Positions 63,724 through 64,000 of a DNA stretch of 64,000 nucleotides are shown in pieces (the first letter of the stretch is position 1; the number at the start of each line of letters is the position of its first letter). The stretch is from a virus. Both the position numbers and the translations under genes were made by a program. Under the pieces are notes generated by a model that saw nothing but the letters and a program-made list of their open reading frames with translations, searched no databases and had not been told where the DNA came from. The stretch lies in the IMG/VR virus record IMGVR_UViG_3300020048_000024, positions 95,890 to 159,889 of that record. One strand, 5' to 3'.

Positions 63724-63938
63724 AGTGAAACACGCATTGCTTTGAGATTGCTATCGCTAGCACAAAGCCGAACACTTTTGAGTTCATACATATCTGAAAT
63801 TTGTACTAAACATTCAACATCAATCCATGGCGTAACTTTATCATTAGCAGCAGGGCTAAGAACGATGTTTTTAATAGTGCCACGCTTGACGCCAGCGGCT
63901 GATTCCCAACGTACTTTAGTGCCAATTGATAAATTCAT
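63714..63938 (-). CDS. early hypothetical protein (SH3-like pattern)
   Basis: MNLSIGTKVRW.SAAG...GTI; cassette SD. Confidence 0.75.
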   Translation of the reverse strand: MNLSIGTKVRWESAAGVKRGTIKNIVLSPAANDKVTPWIDVECLVQISDMYELKSVRLCASDSNLKAMRVSLVA

Positions 63939-63945
63939 GTTTACT

Positions 63946-64000
63946 TCCTTTTCTCTAGTGTATGTGTATATTATACAGGAATATGGATTTATTGTCAATA
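63946..64000 (-). promoter_or_regulatory. repeated early promoter cassette, copy F (truncated by window edge)
   Basis: TTGACA-17-TATAAT-ATACACATACACTAGAGAAAAGGA. Confidence 0.9.

Noticed and set aside
62934-64000. Regularly spaced repeats as a CRISPR array
   Set aside because: Units are 55-80 bp promoter/RBS modules separated by 220-310 bp containing ORFs; no cas genes.
1-64000. Genome-wide stop-codon recoding (TGA = Trp or TAG = Gln)
   Set aside because: Known genes are full length in code 11, use TGG for Trp and end properly in TGA, TAA or TAG; the TGA pattern is confined to 60935-61153.

Overview
This is a gene-dense, AT-rich 64-kb segment of a large (probably jumbo) T4-superfamily-like lytic myovirus. 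The IscU, IscA, DnaK and ClpP sequences suggest a proteobacterial host, plausibly Betaproteobacteria (inference). Layout: (1) 1-10 kb holds replication and repair genes (family-B DNA polymerase, clamp-like protein, UvsE, RNase H, a GIY-YIG homing endonuclease). (2) 10-32 kb holds small early ORFs and host-like translation, proteostasis and Fe-S genes (ClpX, two ClpP, ClpS, Hsp20, DnaK, bS21, peptide deformylase, IscU, IscA, an APS-kinase fusion, ADP-ribosylglycohydrolase). (3) 32-52 kb is a late-promoter block in which about 13 proteins start with a leader resembling the T4 capsid-targeting sequence. It includes a T7 gp0.7-like kinase, a GGCT, a GH19 enzyme, an ADP-ribosyltransferase, a modular sigma4/Tat-signal protein and five tandem, mosaic glutamine-synthetase-fold amidoligases with hypervariable inserts. 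(4) 52-64 kb is a mostly minus-strand early arm with DNA ligase and repeated promoter cassettes. The best candidate new system is a virion-packaged, injected protein-modification arsenal centred on the amidoligase array. Other notable patterns: two arrays of small genes sharing a 3' 'DAVLFALRW' module that doubles as the next gene's RBS and start; nearly leaderless late genes alongside phage bS21 and IF-1; a shared RNA hairpin upstream of hsp20 and dnaK; and a triple-hairpin ncRNA candidate. All calls come from motif recognition by eye; no database searches were run.
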